Shown here piece by piece: positions 62,982 through 64,000 of a DNA stretch of 64,000 bases. Origin of the DNA: Octopus sinensis (taxonomy: Eukaryota); the NCBI RefSeq assembly GCF_006345805.1, contig NC_042999.1, positions 45,942,001-46,006,000 of the forward strand, read 5' to 3'. The notes beneath the pieces are model-generated. The model was not told the origin of the DNA. It saw only the letters and a list, made by a program, of their open reading frames with translations, and ran no database searches. How positions within the stretch are numbered: position 1 is the first letter of the stretch; each line of letters begins with the position of its first letter. The translations under genes were made by a program, and so were the position numbers.

Positions 62982-63309
62982 GTATATGTGTGTGTATATA
63001 TATGTATATATATATATATATGTATGTATAAATAGTTAATATATTTTTTCTATTTTCAGGTGTACCTCCCCCACCTAACTTTTTCTTAGAGCATCAATAT
63101 ATTTTGTAAAAGTTATTTTGTTTGAAATGTAATGTACGTTTTTTGCATGCATAATTTAGATTGGACAGTGCAAGCCTATCTCACCCCAACCCTACGTCCA
63201 CTATATTTATTGCTTTTGCCAGTGTACAACCCCCTATGAATTGTATGAAATATATTCGCCATAAGTAGTATGATGGCTACTACAACTTTGGTTGCTTGCT
63301 TTGATGTAG

Positions 63310-63392
63310 GATTTGGGTTTTTGACATTCGAGAATGAAGACAGCGTTGACGAAGTTTGCCAGCAACATTTTGTGACCATCAAGGGCAAGCAG
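63310..63392 (+). CDS. DAZAP1: 83-nt coding exon of the same gene (RRM2, GFGFLTFENEDSVDEVCQQHFVTIKGKQ)
   Basis: Acceptor gctttgatgtag|GA and donor CAG|gttatt. The exon runs phase 1 to phase 0. The 49+83-nt exon pair matches the exon sizes I recall for RRM2 in vertebrate DAZAP1 and Musashi genes. The gene symbol is less certain (~0.7) than the exon call. Confidence 0.88.
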
Positions 63393-63449
63393 GTTATTAA
63401 AAATGTCCATATTATTTCTAATATGTTGCTAATTATATGGTGTTTATAT

Positions 63450-63639
63450 ATATAATGCATGCATGTAATTATCTATGTATGTGTAGGTAATTATATGCAT
63501 ATAATGTGTGTATGTATATGTAATCATATATATATAATTCATATATATATGTATATATATATATGTATATATGTATGTATATATACACACACATATGTAT
63601 ATAAATTTATATATATATGTATATATACATATAATATAT

Positions 63640-63682
<43 letters not shown>

Positions 63683-63970
63683 ACACACAATATGTATATA
63701 AATTTATATATATATGTATATATATATATGTATGTATGTATATACACACACATATATACATATATATACATGCATTATATCAATGTTTGTTTATTTTTAA
63801 TGAAATGTTTTCTTTGTATATTTATATTTGTTTATAGATATATGTGTTTATATATATGTATACAATGGGTATATATGCCTGTGTGTGTAAATGTGTCCAT
63901 TCACATATATTTATAACTATATATGTGTGTGTGTGTGTATGTGTGGGTGTATATATATATATGTATAAGC
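63450..63970. repeat. (TA)/(TATG)/(TG) microsatellite downstream of the 63310 exon
   Basis: Directly visible. Confidence 0.88.
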
Positions 63971-64000
63971 TCATATATGTACATCTAAAAGTAAGAATAG

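Larger units (their letters stand above)
20766..63309 (+). other. 42,544-nt phase-1 GT-AG intron of the host gene
   Basis: Defined by the two exons above. I found no intervening exon with RRM homology. Confidence 0.75.

Noticed and set aside
20717-63392. Assignment of the host gene as Musashi
   Set aside because: Exon sizes fit both families. Musashi RRM2 is normally very conserved (AMLMFDK..NRHRG, EINNKMV), whereas this sequence has IMYD..K.RSRG and GKQ like Hrb27C/DAZAP1. Reciprocal BLAST is needed to exclude it fully.
63270-63455. 61-aa ORF MMATTTLVACFDVGFGFLTF... as a stand-alone gene
   Set aside because: Only 63310-63392 is RRM-like and bounded by AG/GT. The rest is intron read-through.

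Overview
AT-rich, microsatellite-dense eukaryotic DNA. The SINE repertoire and repeat landscape best fit an octopus genome (inference from remembered repeat families; no database search was run). The window lies inside one host gene on the + strand, an hnRNP A/B-Musashi-family RNA-binding protein that is most likely DAZAP1/Hrb27C. Only two exons were found (20717-20765 and 63310-63392). They encode part of RRM2 and are separated by a 42,544-nt intron. The rest is intronic and packed with mobile elements: a probably full-length CR1-type LINE (5581-~9525, minus), fragments of CR1, RTE and RLE-type LINEs, about 30 tRNA-derived or RTE-tailed SINE copies, mariner, piggyBac-like and pogo-like elements, a Helitron helicase remnant and Penelope-like foldback elements. 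Four observations stand out. (1) The full-length LINE has an unusual ORF1 that appears to combine a Myb/SANT-like trihelix domain with a CCCH finger. (2) Its frame disruptions look like single-base deletions with no nonsense codons, so the real copy may be intact. (3) Its 3' stem-loop is shared, with compensatory changes, with the dominant SINE family. (4) Several short elements carry minimal hammerhead-ribozyme skeletons. No CRISPR array, rRNA or true tRNA gene was found. Repeat boundaries are approximate and all reference comparisons are from memory.
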